A stretch of 64,000 nt of DNA from an uncultured virus (IMG/VR IMGVR_UViG_3300005678_000009). Lineage: Duplodnaviria > Heunggongvirae > Uroviricota > Caudoviricetes. Shown here one piece after another: positions 1 through 9,832 of this stretch; position 1 is the stretch's first letter, and every line of letters starts with the position of its first letter. The stretch is from positions 1 through 64,000 of IMG/VR virus record IMGVR_UViG_3300005678_000009. One strand, written 5' to 3'. The position numbers and the translations under genes are program-made. Under the pieces are notes generated by a model. It was not told where the DNA came from. It saw only the letters and a program-made list of their open reading frames with translations, and made no database searches.

Positions 1-819
1 TTACCTGCAGGTCAAAGCATGACCTTATTTTCAGGTACTGTGTCAAACGCTTCTGACAACACTACCACATGGGATATTGCTTTAAAAGCCGGTACAAGCA
101 ATACTTATAAAATTTCTAAAAATGCAGGTACTTCACCGGCTTTTAGAACAGCAAGGGGAAGCTCTGCCGACGCCACAACTGAAATTACAATTACTAAGAA
201 TGCCAGTTTATTGACAATTGCTTCGACTGGTGGAACAGCCCTAAATCTTATTGTTGGTGGTGTCATTGTTGGAGATGAAATTAGATTAGGTAGTTTGTTT
301 AGCCCAGTAAATCGTGGAAAATACAAAATTCTTTCTCGAACAGCTACGAGTGTTACAATTGAAAATAATTCTGGACAAGCTGAAGGACCTATTACATTAG
401 GTGTTGGTTTTGCTGATCAATTAAGTATTTTTAGCGCAGCTGGTGTTCAGGTAGGCGACAAGGTTGACTTGGTAGCTGGGTTTAGCTCCGTCAGTTTTGG
501 TACTTATGAAATTACCGATGTTTCTCCTGATTATATTGAATTTTATAGCAGCGATGCCTTGCCGGTAGAGTCGGCTGTTTCAAACAACCCTGCAGCATTA
601 ATGGTATATCGAGATGCAAAGCAATTTGTTTATATCGAATCGAATAAAAAATTAGAAGTTAAGATTAACAACTCTGCAACTCCCAATACAATCGAACCAA
701 TGCAAGCAGGTAGTTCAAATGCTCCTGGAATGTTTATGTCAAGTTCTTCAATGAAGAGCTTGGAAATTACAAACTTGTCAATGGAAACTGCCAATATTTT
801 TTACGTGACGGCGGAATAG
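1..819 (+). CDS. Virion structural protein, probably 5'-truncated by the window edge
   Basis: Frame is open from base 1. Gly/Ser/Thr-rich beta-type protein with two 'G..F...N.G.Y.I' modules like those in the baseplate proteins. Lies directly upstream of the portal. Confidence 0.55.
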   Translation, partial: LPAGQSMTLFSGTVSNASDNTTTWDIALKAGTSNTYKISKNAGTSPAFRTARGSSADATTEITITKNASLLTIASTGGTALNLIVGGVIVGDEIRLGSLFSPVNRGKYKILSRTATSVTIENNSGQAEGPITLGVGFADQLSIFSAAGVQVGDKVDLVAGFSSVSFGTYEITDVSPDYIEFYSSDALPVESAVSNNPAALMVYRDAKQFVYIESNKKLEVKINNSATPNTIEPMQAGSSNAPGMFMSSSSMKSLEITNLSMETANIFYVTAE

Positions 820-827
820 GATAATCT

Positions 828-2624
828 ATGAGTGAAGATAAAAAGAAGATTATCATGGAAGCTGCTGGCTCCGCACAAGAACAGCAAGATCAATTTAATC
901 AAGCTATGGTTATGAATGCAAGTCGGGGTGATATTAATTCTGACATGATGAAATCCCTATTGCGCCATGCAACTGGTGCAGTAGGCAAAAAAGGTAAAAT
1001 CCCACGTTTAGCTTTTGCTGAAGACCCAACACTTCATGATAACTATGCAGGGTTGTACAAATTACGTCGAGGCTTATTACCTCCAAACGTTATTAAAAAC
1101 ATTCGTACTCAAAATTTCTTAATCGCCGGTATCCTTCGCGCTCGTGGTAATACACTATCAATGATGGGTCATATCCGCAAAGATCGATTTGACGTCGGTA
1201 TTGAAGTGGATATCAAACCAGAATTTAAAGATCATATCGAACCAGAACAAATGGTTAAAATTCAAGAGAGAATTGACCGTTTCGTTAAACTTCTTATCAA
1301 TTGCGGTCGAACAGACGGCTTAGATGAAGAAGATAAAATGACCCTTCCAGAATTTTTGGATTTGCAAACTAGAAATGGTTTGGCTTTTGGTTGGTTTGCT
1401 ACTGAAATCATCTACAAAGGTGACAATGACGACGAATTCCATAGATTCCGTCCAGTCGACGCTGGAACTATTTTTCACTCTGTTAAGAAAGGTGAGGCTG
1501 CAGAATCTGTACGCAGAAGTTCATTAAAAGCATTGCAGTATTTGACTGGTGTTGAAATCGATCAGTCAATGTTAGAAAAAGACGAATATGCATGGATTCA
1601 AGCTATCAATGGTATGCCAAAACAAGCGTTCACTTCTAAGGAAATGATTGTTTACAATCTTTATCCTTCATCTGACGTTGAACACAATGGCTATCCAGTT
1701 ACTCCACTAGATACTGCAATGACATCTGTGACAACACATATGTCGATTGAGATCTACAATAAATTATACTTCCAAAATGGTCGCGCTGCCAAGGGTATGC
1801 TTGTTATCAGTTCTGATGACATTGATCAAGCAGCGGTTGAGGACATTAAGCAACAATTCAATGCTTCTATCAACAATGTAAGTAATTCTTTTAGAACCCC
1901 TATTTTTGGTGTTGCTAAGGGTGATACTGTTGAATGGATGCAAACAACACCTAATAAAAAAGATGGTGAGTTTGAATTCTTATTTGATCAAACGACTCGC
2001 AATATTTTATCAGCATTCAACATGTCTCCTGATGAATTACCTGGTTTTTCACACTTGTCAAAAGGTACAAACCAACAAGGTTTATCAGAAGCTAATAACG
2101 AATTTAAGTTAATCGCTGCTCGCGATACTGGTATCCGTCCATTGTTACTTAAAATTCAAGATTTCTTGAATGAGAAATTATTCCCTCTTATTGATTCTGA
2201 GCTTTCACAACTTTGCAATATCGTATTGGCTGGTTTTGACGCAGAAACAAAAGAACAAGAGTCAAATCGTCTATTAAGAGATATGCCTATTCATTACGCT
2301 TATGATGAGGTAATGGAAGAGGTAGATAAAGAACAAGTTGGACAGCACATGATGGGAAATATCCCATTCAATGAGCACTATCGACAAGCTTTAGATGCTT
2401 ACTCAAGCGTCAATGACATCGTAGGTTTCTTTGCGGATTCACCCGCTGCAATTGTTGATCCAATGTTAAAATATAAACGTGATCAATTTTTCTTCCAATG
2501 GTTAGAAGTACTTTCTAATGCAAATCCAGAGGCTGCTGCAGCTTTCTTTGCGTCTAGAGACGATTCTTTAGACATTTTAAAAATGTACTTGGATGATTAT
2601 TTAACTGAAGAAGAATTAGGATAA
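828..2624 (+). CDS. Phage portal protein
   Basis: 598 aa with portal-type motifs 'FRPVDAGTI', 'NGYPVTPLD', 'YFQNGRAAKGML', 'ILSAFNMSPDEL', 'GIRPLL..IQDFLN'. Head-module context. Confidence 0.85.
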   Translation: MSEDKKKIIMEAAGSAQEQQDQFNQAMVMNASRGDINSDMMKSLLRHATGAVGKKGKIPRLAFAEDPTLHDNYAGLYKLRRGLLPPNVIKNIRTQNFLIAGILRARGNTLSMMGHIRKDRFDVGIEVDIKPEFKDHIEPEQMVKIQERIDRFVKLLINCGRTDGLDEEDKMTLPEFLDLQTRNGLAFGWFATEIIYKGDNDDEFHRFRPVDAGTIFHSVKKGEAAESVRRSSLKALQYLTGVEIDQSMLEKDEYAWIQAINGMPKQAFTSKEMIVYNLYPSSDVEHNGYPVTPLDTAMTSVTTHMSIEIYNKLYFQNGRAAKGMLVISSDDIDQAAVEDIKQQFNASINNVSNSFRTPIFGVAKGDTVEWMQTTPNKKDGEFEFLFDQTTRNILSAFNMSPDELPGFSHLSKGTNQQGLSEANNEFKLIAARDTGIRPLLLKIQDFLNEKLFPLIDSELSQLCNIVLAGFDAETKEQESNRLLRDMPIHYAYDEVMEEVDKEQVGQHMMGNIPFNEHYRQALDAYSSVNDIVGFFADSPAAIVDPMLKYKRDQFFFQWLEVLSNANPEAAAAFFASRDDSLDILKMYLDDYLTEEELG

Positions 2625-2636
2625 TAGGAGTTTAAA

Positions 2637-3251
2637 ATGGCTGCAGACTGGAAAATGAAGTACCAAGAAATTCGTGGAAAGCTTAAAGAAGCTACCGACG
2701 TCGCATGGCGTTTAGGCTATGAACGTGGCATGAAAGATGGAACTCAACAAGCGCAAATGCAACAAATGGCTCAGATGCAGCAACAACAAGCTGCAATGAT
2801 GGGTGGTGGGCAACCTGGACAACCCGGTGCTCCTGGACAAGACCCAATGGCTGGTGGTGACCCAATGGCACAAGGTGCAGCTGGTGGTATGCCTCCAGGT
2901 GCAGAAGAGGGTGGTGACGATGCACAAATGGGCATGGGTGCTCCCGATGAAGCTGGTGGGGAAGAAGCTGGTGGTGGTTCTGAACTAGACAACCATATCA
3001 ACGAACTTCAATCGTTGGTTTCTAAAGGACAAAAACCATCAGTTGTTGATATTCGTAAGGTAGTGGATAATTTGGCTGGAATTAGAAAACATCAAAAAGA
3101 TTCTTGGGCTAAAAAAGTCAATAAAATTGTACCTGCACAAAAGAAAGTGGTTGATTCGATTTTAAAGAAATGGGAAACAGAAAGTAAACGACCATCGTCT
3201 GAAATTGAAGCTATTATTAAAGAACATGGATTGAAGATTGACACAGAATAA
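2637..3251 (+). CDS. Hypothetical head-module protein with a Q/M/G/P low-complexity core
   Basis: SD (AAGGAG) upstream. Central QQAQMQQMAQMQQQQAAMMGGGQPGQPG and acidic Gly-rich tract between helical termini. Confidence 0.7.
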   Translation: MAADWKMKYQEIRGKLKEATDVAWRLGYERGMKDGTQQAQMQQMAQMQQQQAAMMGGGQPGQPGAPGQDPMAGGDPMAQGAAGGMPPGAEEGGDDAQMGMGAPDEAGGEEAGGGSELDNHINELQSLVSKGQKPSVVDIRKVVDNLAGIRKHQKDSWAKKVNKIVPAQKKVVDSILKKWETESKRPSSEIEAIIKEHGLKIDTE

Positions 3252-3753
3252 GACCTGCATTGTATGTCATTTAGATAAATCAACAGATTGTTTTCCAAAA
3301 AGAAAATATAAAAAATGTGTTGGTTTTAGAAATGAATGCAAGGCTTGTGTATCTGTTTTTCAAAAACAATATCGTTCAAAAAATAAAACACGAATTGCTG
3401 CTCAAAAAAAAGAATGGACTTTAAATCATTTAGATCAAAAAAGAGATAGTAATTACAATTGGTTTTTAAAAAACAAAGAAAAAGCCCAGCAAAGTGTTCG
3501 CAATCACAGAATTAACAATTTGCCTTATTATCGTTTTAAAAGAGCTGCTAGAAGAGCACAGATTGCAAACGCAACTCCAAAATGGGCAGATTTGGAAAAG
3601 ATCAAAGAGATTTATAAAAATTGCCCTGTTGGATATCATGTTGATCACATCATTCCATTAACTAACGATCTAGTGTGTGGCTTACATGTTCCTGATAATT
3701 TGCAATACTTACCAGCTTCAGAGAATTTGAAAAAGGGAAATAAAATTTTATGA
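3238..3753 (+). CDS. Free-standing HNH homing endonuclease
   Basis: N-terminal CxxC...CxxC, 'ATPKWAD', 'YHVDHIIPL...VCGLHVPDNLQYL...ENLKKGN'. Locally more AT-rich; overlaps both neighbours. Confidence 0.88.
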   Translation: MTQNKTCIVCHLDKSTDCFPKRKYKKCVGFRNECKACVSVFQKQYRSKNKTRIAAQKKEWTLNHLDQKRDSNYNWFLKNKEKAQQSVRNHRINNLPYYRFKRAARRAQIANATPKWADLEKIKEIYKNCPVGYHVDHIIPLTNDLVCGLHVPDNLQYLPASENLKKGNKIL

Positions 3754-4532
3754 GGGGATTGTCGTTAAAAGCTTTTGAGGCTATTGAGAGGATGATTAAG
3801 AATCGCTTTGATTCTATTTCTATGAAATTTCTAGGTATGGTTCCAAAACCCTCTAGAAGTAAGCAAATCACCTTCAGCACTTCAAACGAAGACAATATGA
3901 TTGGTTTGTTCTTAAAGGCATTGGGTAGTCAAAACCCTAATGAGCTAGAGGAACAAACCCTAAAGACTATGCTACGTGTAACCGGTGGTTATATGGATGG
4001 CTTGCGTGATCGTACAGCCGCTCGAATCATGCATGATATCGATAGTTATGTACAAACTCAAAGTCTTAAAAAAGAAGTGCCATCTTCCAAACAGATTGAA
4101 AAAATCATTAATAAAGAAATGTCAAAAGCTGGAAACAATTTAAAACTTATCGTGAATAGTGAATCAAACAAAGCTGCCAACACAGGCACAGCTTTACAGA
4201 TCTCTAAACTCGCTGAGCAAAAGGGTATTGACGACCCTACAGTTTTCTTTGTTGTGACCGTGGACGATGTGACAGGACCTGAAGAGTTCGTTCTTCACTT
4301 ACTGCCAGATCGAAAAACACCACGTGTTTGGAAGCTATCGGAACTGGGTGCTGAATACCATAAGGTAGGCGACCCAAATCCAAAACTACCTGGCTTACAT
4401 CCAAATTGTCGTTGCAAATTGACCTACCTTGCAAAAGGATGGGGTTTTAGTTCTGAGGGTAAGGTAAAATTTATCAGTTTGGAACATGATGAATTTGAAA
4501 ATCAACGAGAAAAGTACGGCAAACCGCGTTAA
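3750..4532 (+). CDS. Head morphogenesis protein (SPP1 gp7/Mu gpF-like)
   Basis: C-terminal 'PGLHPNCRC' signature; follows the portal. Confidence 0.72.
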   Translation: MRGLSLKAFEAIERMIKNRFDSISMKFLGMVPKPSRSKQITFSTSNEDNMIGLFLKALGSQNPNELEEQTLKTMLRVTGGYMDGLRDRTAARIMHDIDSYVQTQSLKKEVPSSKQIEKIINKEMSKAGNNLKLIVNSESNKAANTGTALQISKLAEQKGIDDPTVFFVVTVDDVTGPEEFVLHLLPDRKTPRVWKLSELGAEYHKVGDPNPKLPGLHPNCRCKLTYLAKGWGFSSEGKVKFISLEHDEFENQREKYGKPR

Positions 4533-4677
4533 TTATACGTATGTTTAAACATAATGCGTATAAAACGCATATGCATTCTTAATAAAATCAACTATTTACA
4601 GTCTTATACGTATTTATGCGCAAAAGCGTCTATGAATATTCATTTTATGCGTTTATTGTATTTTAATGATGCATTTT
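4533..4677. repeat. Non-coding cluster of nested palindromes and about 6-7 copies of a TATRCG-core motif (candidate origin or packaging site)
   Basis: TTATACG-TATGTTT|AAACATA-atg-CGTATAA at 4533-4563; TTATACGTAT at 4533 and 4604; TTATGCG at 4614 and 4645; ATGAATATTCAT palindrome. Confidence 0.6.
4586..4598 (+). promoter_or_regulatory. IHF-consensus binding site
   Basis: AATCAACTATTTA is an exact match to WATCAANNNNTTR and sits between the repeat blocks. Confidence 0.45.
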
Positions 4678-4688
4678 ATAGAATTATG

Positions 4689-4717
4689 TTGCTATAACTT
4701 GTATTGTTGTTTATACT
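4689..4717 (+). promoter_or_regulatory. Host sigma70-type promoter (early)
   Basis: TTGCTA-17 bp-TATACT, ending 6 nt before ATG 4724. Confidence 0.6.
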
Positions 4718-4723
4718 AAGAGC

Positions 4724-5773
4724 ATGAAAACAAATTATTCATATCAACAAAAAGCCGCTACAAAGATAATAGAAATGATGTTTAGTCACAAGCATGTTGC
4801 AACAGTTCTTGCTGCCTGTCCTGGTGCTGGCAAAACTACCATTTCACAAATGGTTATCAATAGTTATACCACCATGTCATCAAATGCTAAGGTAGTTGTT
4901 CTGACTGAAGGTCAAAACACTCTTAAAACTCAGTATCTTCAAGAATTAGAAAAATCCCACATCAAATTAAACTTCACTTTCGGTGACTTTACAACCGAAG
5001 CTCAAGTGCGTGTTGGTCTTCCCCAATCAATCAGTCAATTAAAAGGTGGATTTGACCTTTTAATCGTTGACGAAGCGCACCGTTTCTATAAAGCTGAAAT
5101 GGTTCAAGATATCATTAAAAAATATAACCCAAAACATATCTTTCTGATGACTGGCTCTCCCACTGATTTTAATGGTAAAGATGAATATGGTATTTATTAT
5201 ATCTCAGCGGAAGAATTACAAGAAATGGGTGTTTTCAGTGCTGTGAATATGGATGTGGTTAAAGTTGGTGATAAAAAATCTCCACGCACAACTACATCTC
5301 AAGCCTTGACCATGGCCAAATGGAAAGGTGACGATTTAAGCAAAATCATGATTGCCTGCCCTAATATTGAGTATGCTTTAGAGGTAAACGCTGTTTTAAA
5401 AATCTTTGGTTATGATACGGCACTTTCAACTTCTAAGAACGATCAAGACGATTCTGAAATTGCTCGTTTCACTTCAGGTAAAGCAAATGCTTTAATCGTT
5501 GTTGGTAAGGGCATCTTGGGCTTTAATGACCCAAATATCACAGCTTTGTTTGACTTTAAATCATCAGAAAATCTTGACAACTCATATCAATTGTTTGCAC
5601 GGGTCTTGCGCAAACACCCAAAAGGTGTGGTAAAAACGTACTATAGAATTGCAGATAAAGATTTTAATAAACAGGTATTGACTTTACACAAAATGCTTGC
5701 TCTAATGAAGAAAAACATATTTACCCAATATACGGGTAAAAATTTAAAACTGGAAATTTCCAGAGGAGGATAA
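4724..5773 (+). CDS. Superfamily 2 DEAH/ResIII-like helicase
   Basis: Q-motif YSYQ, Walker A CPGAGKT, LIVDEAH, motif III MTGSP, motif VI-like QLFARVLR. Confidence 0.82.
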   Translation: MKTNYSYQQKAATKIIEMMFSHKHVATVLAACPGAGKTTISQMVINSYTTMSSNAKVVVLTEGQNTLKTQYLQELEKSHIKLNFTFGDFTTEAQVRVGLPQSISQLKGGFDLLIVDEAHRFYKAEMVQDIIKKYNPKHIFLMTGSPTDFNGKDEYGIYYISAEELQEMGVFSAVNMDVVKVGDKKSPRTTTSQALTMAKWKGDDLSKIMIACPNIEYALEVNAVLKIFGYDTALSTSKNDQDDSEIARFTSGKANALIVVGKGILGFNDPNITALFDFKSSENLDNSYQLFARVLRKHPKGVVKTYYRIADKDFNKQVLTLHKMLALMKKNIFTQYTGKNLKLEISRGG

Positions 5774-5775
5774 GG

Positions 5776-6096
5776 ATGTTACGAGGTTTAATTAAAAAGA
5801 TTGTTGGTGAAGAACTGACCAAACAATCAGGAAAGGCAGACGATTCAGCTCGTTTGGTTGAACTTGAGTCAGAAAATGCAAAATTAAAGGAACAATTGGC
5901 TAATTCTGGAGCTACTAAGCGTTTGACTAGATTGAAAGAGCTTGCAGCTCAAATTCCAGATGGCGCTCAAGGAATGGGCATGATTGCAGTTATCGAAGAT
6001 GGAACTATTAAGAATATTACTTTAAAATCTAAAGCTGACCTTCTTGAAGTTGTATCACGTGCAGAAAAAGGTGAATTGGAAGTGTTTTCATCATGA
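5776..6096 (+). CDS. Hypothetical protein (coiled coil)
   Basis: SD GAGGAGG upstream; ATGA overlap with the next gene. Confidence 0.65.
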   Translation: MLRGLIKKIVGEELTKQSGKADDSARLVELESENAKLKEQLANSGATKRLTRLKELAAQIPDGAQGMGMIAVIEDGTIKNITLKSKADLLEVVSRAEKGELEVFSS

Positions 6097-7838
6097 TTTT
6101 TAACTACCTAACAAAAACATTTAAAGACGATTTTCGAAATGATCGCTTAACAATCGAAGGTATTGCTATGTTAGAAATGTCAAGCGAGCCGGTTTCTTTT
6201 GCAATGAGAGAAGATACCTCTCCAGAAGAAGCTTCAATTACGAAAATTGAAAATCCTATCCTTCTTTTTGAAAATGGAATTTTAAAGTTTTTTTCGGGTG
6301 GTGAAAGAATTAGATCTATTAGCAGCTTATTTTTCTTAATGAATGAATCTGAGGTTGCAGCTGCACAGCGCAACCTTTATCAGCGCGGTTATGAAAGTGC
6401 TGGAGAGGCAATTTCCAAAAAAGTTGTTTTAACAGATGTTGAAAAAAAGACACTTCAAAAAGCAATCGACGATCTTGCATTAGCAAATGGAATTAAACTC
6501 CCTGAAAATATGGGGTATTTCAACGATCGTTTGATTTTGTACATGTATCCTTTTATTCGCTCAATGGCCAACAGTGAAACAAATTTCCATAAAGTGTTGG
6601 AAGATTTAAAACATTTTACAGATGTTAACGAAGGTAAATATAAATTTCCGATGGAACTGTTAGACCATGACAATCTCAATGATGTTCTTAAGGGCTATTT
6701 AGGAACTGGTTCTAAGGAAATCACTAAGTTTATTGCAAATAGATTAGTTGTAAAAACAGACTTGGTTAAAAGTTTAAGTCCAGAGCTTCTTAAACTACTC
6801 ATTGGTAATAGCAGTAAAATCTTTGGTATCAGCACAGAGACAAAAATTTTAACTTCTTATGAAGATATCTTTTTTGAAGTCATTACCTATGTTAAATATG
6901 TCATGGATGTTTTTGATAATAATGTGGATTACACACAAAAATACCTAAATTCAAAAGAAAAACATGTATTTACGGAACCTACCTTAAAAATTATGCGTTT
7001 TTTAAACAGTCAATTTTCACCCCAAAAGCGCATGAAACTAATGACTGATTCCGAAGTGCTTGATTATCAATTACGGGACGTTGCTGATCAAATTAGCAAG
7101 TATGATACGGTTGATAAAATTCCTTATAAGTTAAGATTTGAATATCCAGAAGGACTTCGTGTTCCTAAAAACTGGAAAACTCTGAAAGAACTACACGACA
7201 AGGTTTCTGCTGATTTTAATATCATCAAGGCTGAAGACAACAACAAAACAATTCCTTATACAGCCGATGAATGGGCCATCCATGGCATGACCAAGGATAA
7301 CGTAGAACTTGTTTTACCAAGTGAAGGAAAAACCCTTGTGGCTTGGGGTGCAGATCAACAGCATTGTGTTGCTTCTTATGCAGACAAGGCAGCCAATAAA
7401 GAATGTATTATTATGGGCGTGAAGGTAAATGGAATTCACACTTATACAGTTGAACTTCGATTAACCTATAAAGAGGTTTTGGTAGCATCTAAACAAATGG
7501 TAGTTGATAAGCTTGAAGAACTACCTGGTTTGCAACCGCCTGAAAGAAAAAAACACTATTCATTTAATATTGTGCAGTTTTATGCCAAAAACAATAGACG
7601 CCCTGAAGATTTAGGCGATACCAAAACACGAGGTATTGTAAGAGAATTGCTGAGAGAGGCATTACAGATCGATGGTAATGCAGCTTTTGAGGAAGATGGT
7701 ACTTACTCTTATCGAATGGAATTTGTAGCTGGCAACCAAGAGAACGATGCTTTTGATGCTATGCGATATGAAAATATCGCAGTGGGCGATCTTGGAAATG
7801 CTCCAGTGGTCATTAACGATGTTGCCCTAGGTGAATAA
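6093..7838 (+). CDS. PcfJ-like domain protein
   Basis: 'PKNWKTLKELHDKV...LP....L..WG..QQHCVASY...TVEL...IVQF' is the PcfJ-like C-terminal pattern. Confidence 0.65.
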   Translation: MIFNYLTKTFKDDFRNDRLTIEGIAMLEMSSEPVSFAMREDTSPEEASITKIENPILLFENGILKFFSGGERIRSISSLFFLMNESEVAAAQRNLYQRGYESAGEAISKKVVLTDVEKKTLQKAIDDLALANGIKLPENMGYFNDRLILYMYPFIRSMANSETNFHKVLEDLKHFTDVNEGKYKFPMELLDHDNLNDVLKGYLGTGSKEITKFIANRLVVKTDLVKSLSPELLKLLIGNSSKIFGISTETKILTSYEDIFFEVITYVKYVMDVFDNNVDYTQKYLNSKEKHVFTEPTLKIMRFLNSQFSPQKRMKLMTDSEVLDYQLRDVADQISKYDTVDKIPYKLRFEYPEGLRVPKNWKTLKELHDKVSADFNIIKAEDNNKTIPYTADEWAIHGMTKDNVELVLPSEGKTLVAWGADQQHCVASYADKAANKECIIMGVKVNGIHTYTVELRLTYKEVLVASKQMVVDKLEELPGLQPPERKKHYSFNIVQFYAKNNRRPEDLGDTKTRGIVRELLREALQIDGNAAFEEDGTYSYRMEFVAGNQENDAFDAMRYENIAVGDLGNAPVVINDVALGE

Positions 7839-7839
7839 A

Positions 7840-8277
7840 CTAGGGCTTAAACCAACGTTTTCCTGATGCAGGTGGATAGATTTGAAAATGAACGCGAGCT
7901 TGGTCGTCTTTTTCTTCCATCCATAAGCCAATTTCTTCTAGCTTATCTTCGTTGTCGTGACACCACTGATCTAATTCACCTTTAGGGTCTGAAATATCAA
8001 CAGCAGCTCCCTTTAAATGGGCTGAACCCCAAGGAATGTCTGATTCCTTAAATTCTTTTTTTCTCTTAACCGCTAATTCTTTGTAGATTCTAATTTGATC
8101 TTCTTTAGAACGATAGCCTGAGGTTGGAGACATAGGCTTGTTGTATGCATATCGAACTTTATTAATCTTTTCCAAAAGCTCATCCAGATTCTTTTGATGA
8201 TCTTCTGGCATATTTTCACGCTTGTAATTTTTAAGCAATTCTTTTTCGGTGATTAGGTACGGTTTTTTTTCGTCCAT
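7840..8277 (-). CDS. Peptidase M15-family endolysin / cell-wall peptidase
   Basis: 'TSGYRS', 'SAHLKGAAVDI', 'VHFQ' zinc-peptidase motifs; SD AGGAGAGG. Confidence 0.8.
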   Translation of the reverse strand: MDEKKPYLITEKELLKNYKRENMPEDHQKNLDELLEKINKVRYAYNKPMSPTSGYRSKEDQIRIYKELAVKRKKEFKESDIPWGSAHLKGAAVDISDPKGELDQWCHDNEDKLEEIGLWMEEKDDQARVHFQIYPPASGKRWFKP

Positions 8278-8293
8278 GGCCTCTCCTATACAC

Positions 8294-8302
8294 TAAAGAT
8301 TG
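8294..8302 (-). promoter_or_regulatory. Candidate late promoter element CAATCTTTA upstream of the endolysin
   Basis: Same 9-mer precedes virion genes at 53251, 57470 and 57500 on the coding strand. Confidence 0.5.
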
Positions 8303-8309
8303 TATTTTT

Positions 8310-8320
8310 TGTGGTAATAT
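8310..8320 (+). promoter_or_regulatory. TGTGG-TAWWAT promoter motif
   Basis: TGTGGTAATAT ends 5 nt before ATG 8326; the motif recurs at least 10 times at gene starts. Confidence 0.7.
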
Positions 8321-8325
8321 AGGGT

Positions 8326-9813
8326 ATGGATGTAAAAGTAATCAGTCCAACCAAAGCCATTGTTACTAGAATTGACGAGGGTGAGGTTGTAGCCTTAACA
8401 AAAAAATTAACTTATACCAACACTAGTGTGGCTTTTCAATTGAATAAACACTATAAAAATCGATGGTTTAAGCAAAAAGATCCCATTGGATGGCAAGAAC
8501 TACATGATGCTTTACAACCAAAAGTGAAAAATTGCCTACTTGAGTACGAAAATGGCGAATATTGGCTTAGACCCGGCTCCATTCCTTCGGTTGGGGAGTA
8601 TGTTGACAAATATGAAAATCAAATCGAATATCCAGCACTTAAACCCTTAAAATGGGCTGTTAAGCCTGACTTTGAACCATACTCTTATCAAACCACTGCG
8701 GTTGAGCGTTTAATCAATATTAAGCATGGAAATATCAGCTTACCCACAGGATGTGGTAAAAGCTACATTCTGCTTTTATTGGCACAGCAAATGGGATTAG
8801 ATGTGGTTGTTGTAACCCCAAGTCAATCTATCTTTACGGAGCTTTTGGAAGAGTTTCAATTACGTCTGGGTGAAAATATGGTGGGTGGTTATGGTGATGG
8901 TTATAAGGATATTAAGAAAAAAATTACAATTGCTATTGGTAAGTCATTGACTATGTTAGAGCCTGATACACCAGCCTACAATTTCTTTAAAAACAAAAAA
9001 GTAATGCTGGTGGACGAATCTCACACTTTTGCAGCCGAGCAGCTTAATGATGTATGTCATGGTGTTTTAAAAGACACTCCTTATCGAATGTTTGTTTCTG
9101 CTACCCAAACTCGTAATGATGGGACTGAGAAACTTTTAAATGCCATTATTGGTAAGAATGTGTTGGATATGAGTTTAGAAGAGGCAATTTCTGATGGATA
9201 TTTGTGTCCATTAAATTTTACAGTCATCGAAACATTTTCCCCAGATACCAGAAAAATTGCAGATCCCACTAAATGTAAACGAGTTCATTTCTTATACAAT
9301 AGAAACATTGCTTCGATCGTTTCTAAAATTGCCAATGCGAATTGGACAATGAAGCAACACTCCACCCTTATCTTGGTGGAGGAACTTGAACAAATCGAAA
9401 TGTTAGCTTCCCTCCTAACCGTTCCCTTTACTTATGTTCATTCTGCTGATAAAAAGAAAGCTCAAGAGTTTAAACTTAATAAAGTGTCTTCAAAGGAAGA
9501 AGTTGCTAGGTTTAATAAGGGTGAGGTTAAAATTCTTATTGGAACTAAAGCTATTGCCACTGGAACCAATATCTACCCTACACATGCCACAATCAATTGG
9601 ATGGGTGGAGCTTCGGAGATTACTACAAAGCAAGGTGCAATGGGTAGATCTACGAGAAAACTAGAGATTTCAAAATTTAAACACTTACACCAACCTAAAC
9701 CATATACAATGGTGTACGATTTTAGAGTTAAGAATGTACCAGACCTTGACAAGTCATTGGCTAAACGATGTGGTTACTACAAAGAAGCTGGTGGTAAGCT
9801 TCATTATGTTTAA
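8326..9813 (+). CDS. UvsW/Rad25-like SF2 DNA helicase
   Basis: PYSYQ, LPTGCGKS, MLVDESH, SAT, TGTNI, QGAMGRSTR. Confidence 0.85.
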   Translation: MDVKVISPTKAIVTRIDEGEVVALTKKLTYTNTSVAFQLNKHYKNRWFKQKDPIGWQELHDALQPKVKNCLLEYENGEYWLRPGSIPSVGEYVDKYENQIEYPALKPLKWAVKPDFEPYSYQTTAVERLINIKHGNISLPTGCGKSYILLLLAQQMGLDVVVVTPSQSIFTELLEEFQLRLGENMVGGYGDGYKDIKKKITIAIGKSLTMLEPDTPAYNFFKNKKVMLVDESHTFAAEQLNDVCHGVLKDTPYRMFVSATQTRNDGTEKLLNAIIGKNVLDMSLEEAISDGYLCPLNFTVIETFSPDTRKIADPTKCKRVHFLYNRNIASIVSKIANANWTMKQHSTLILVEELEQIEMLASLLTVPFTYVHSADKKKAQEFKLNKVSSKEEVARFNKGEVKILIGTKAIATGTNIYPTHATINWMGGASEITTKQGAMGRSTRKLEISKFKHLHQPKPYTMVYDFRVKNVPDLDKSLAKRCGYYKEAGGKLHYV

Positions 9814-9815
9814 AG

Positions 9816-9826
9816 TGTGGTAATAT
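9816..9826 (+). promoter_or_regulatory. TGTGG-TAWWAT promoter motif upstream of the sigma gene
   Basis: TGTGGTAATAT ends 6 nt before ATG 9833; no SD. Confidence 0.7.
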
Positions 9827-9832
9827 ATATAC

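Noticed and set aside
4533..4680. CRISPR array or tRNA in the repeat-rich spacer
   Set aside because: Repeats are only 7-10 bp with irregular spacing; no cloverleaf or T-loop motif.
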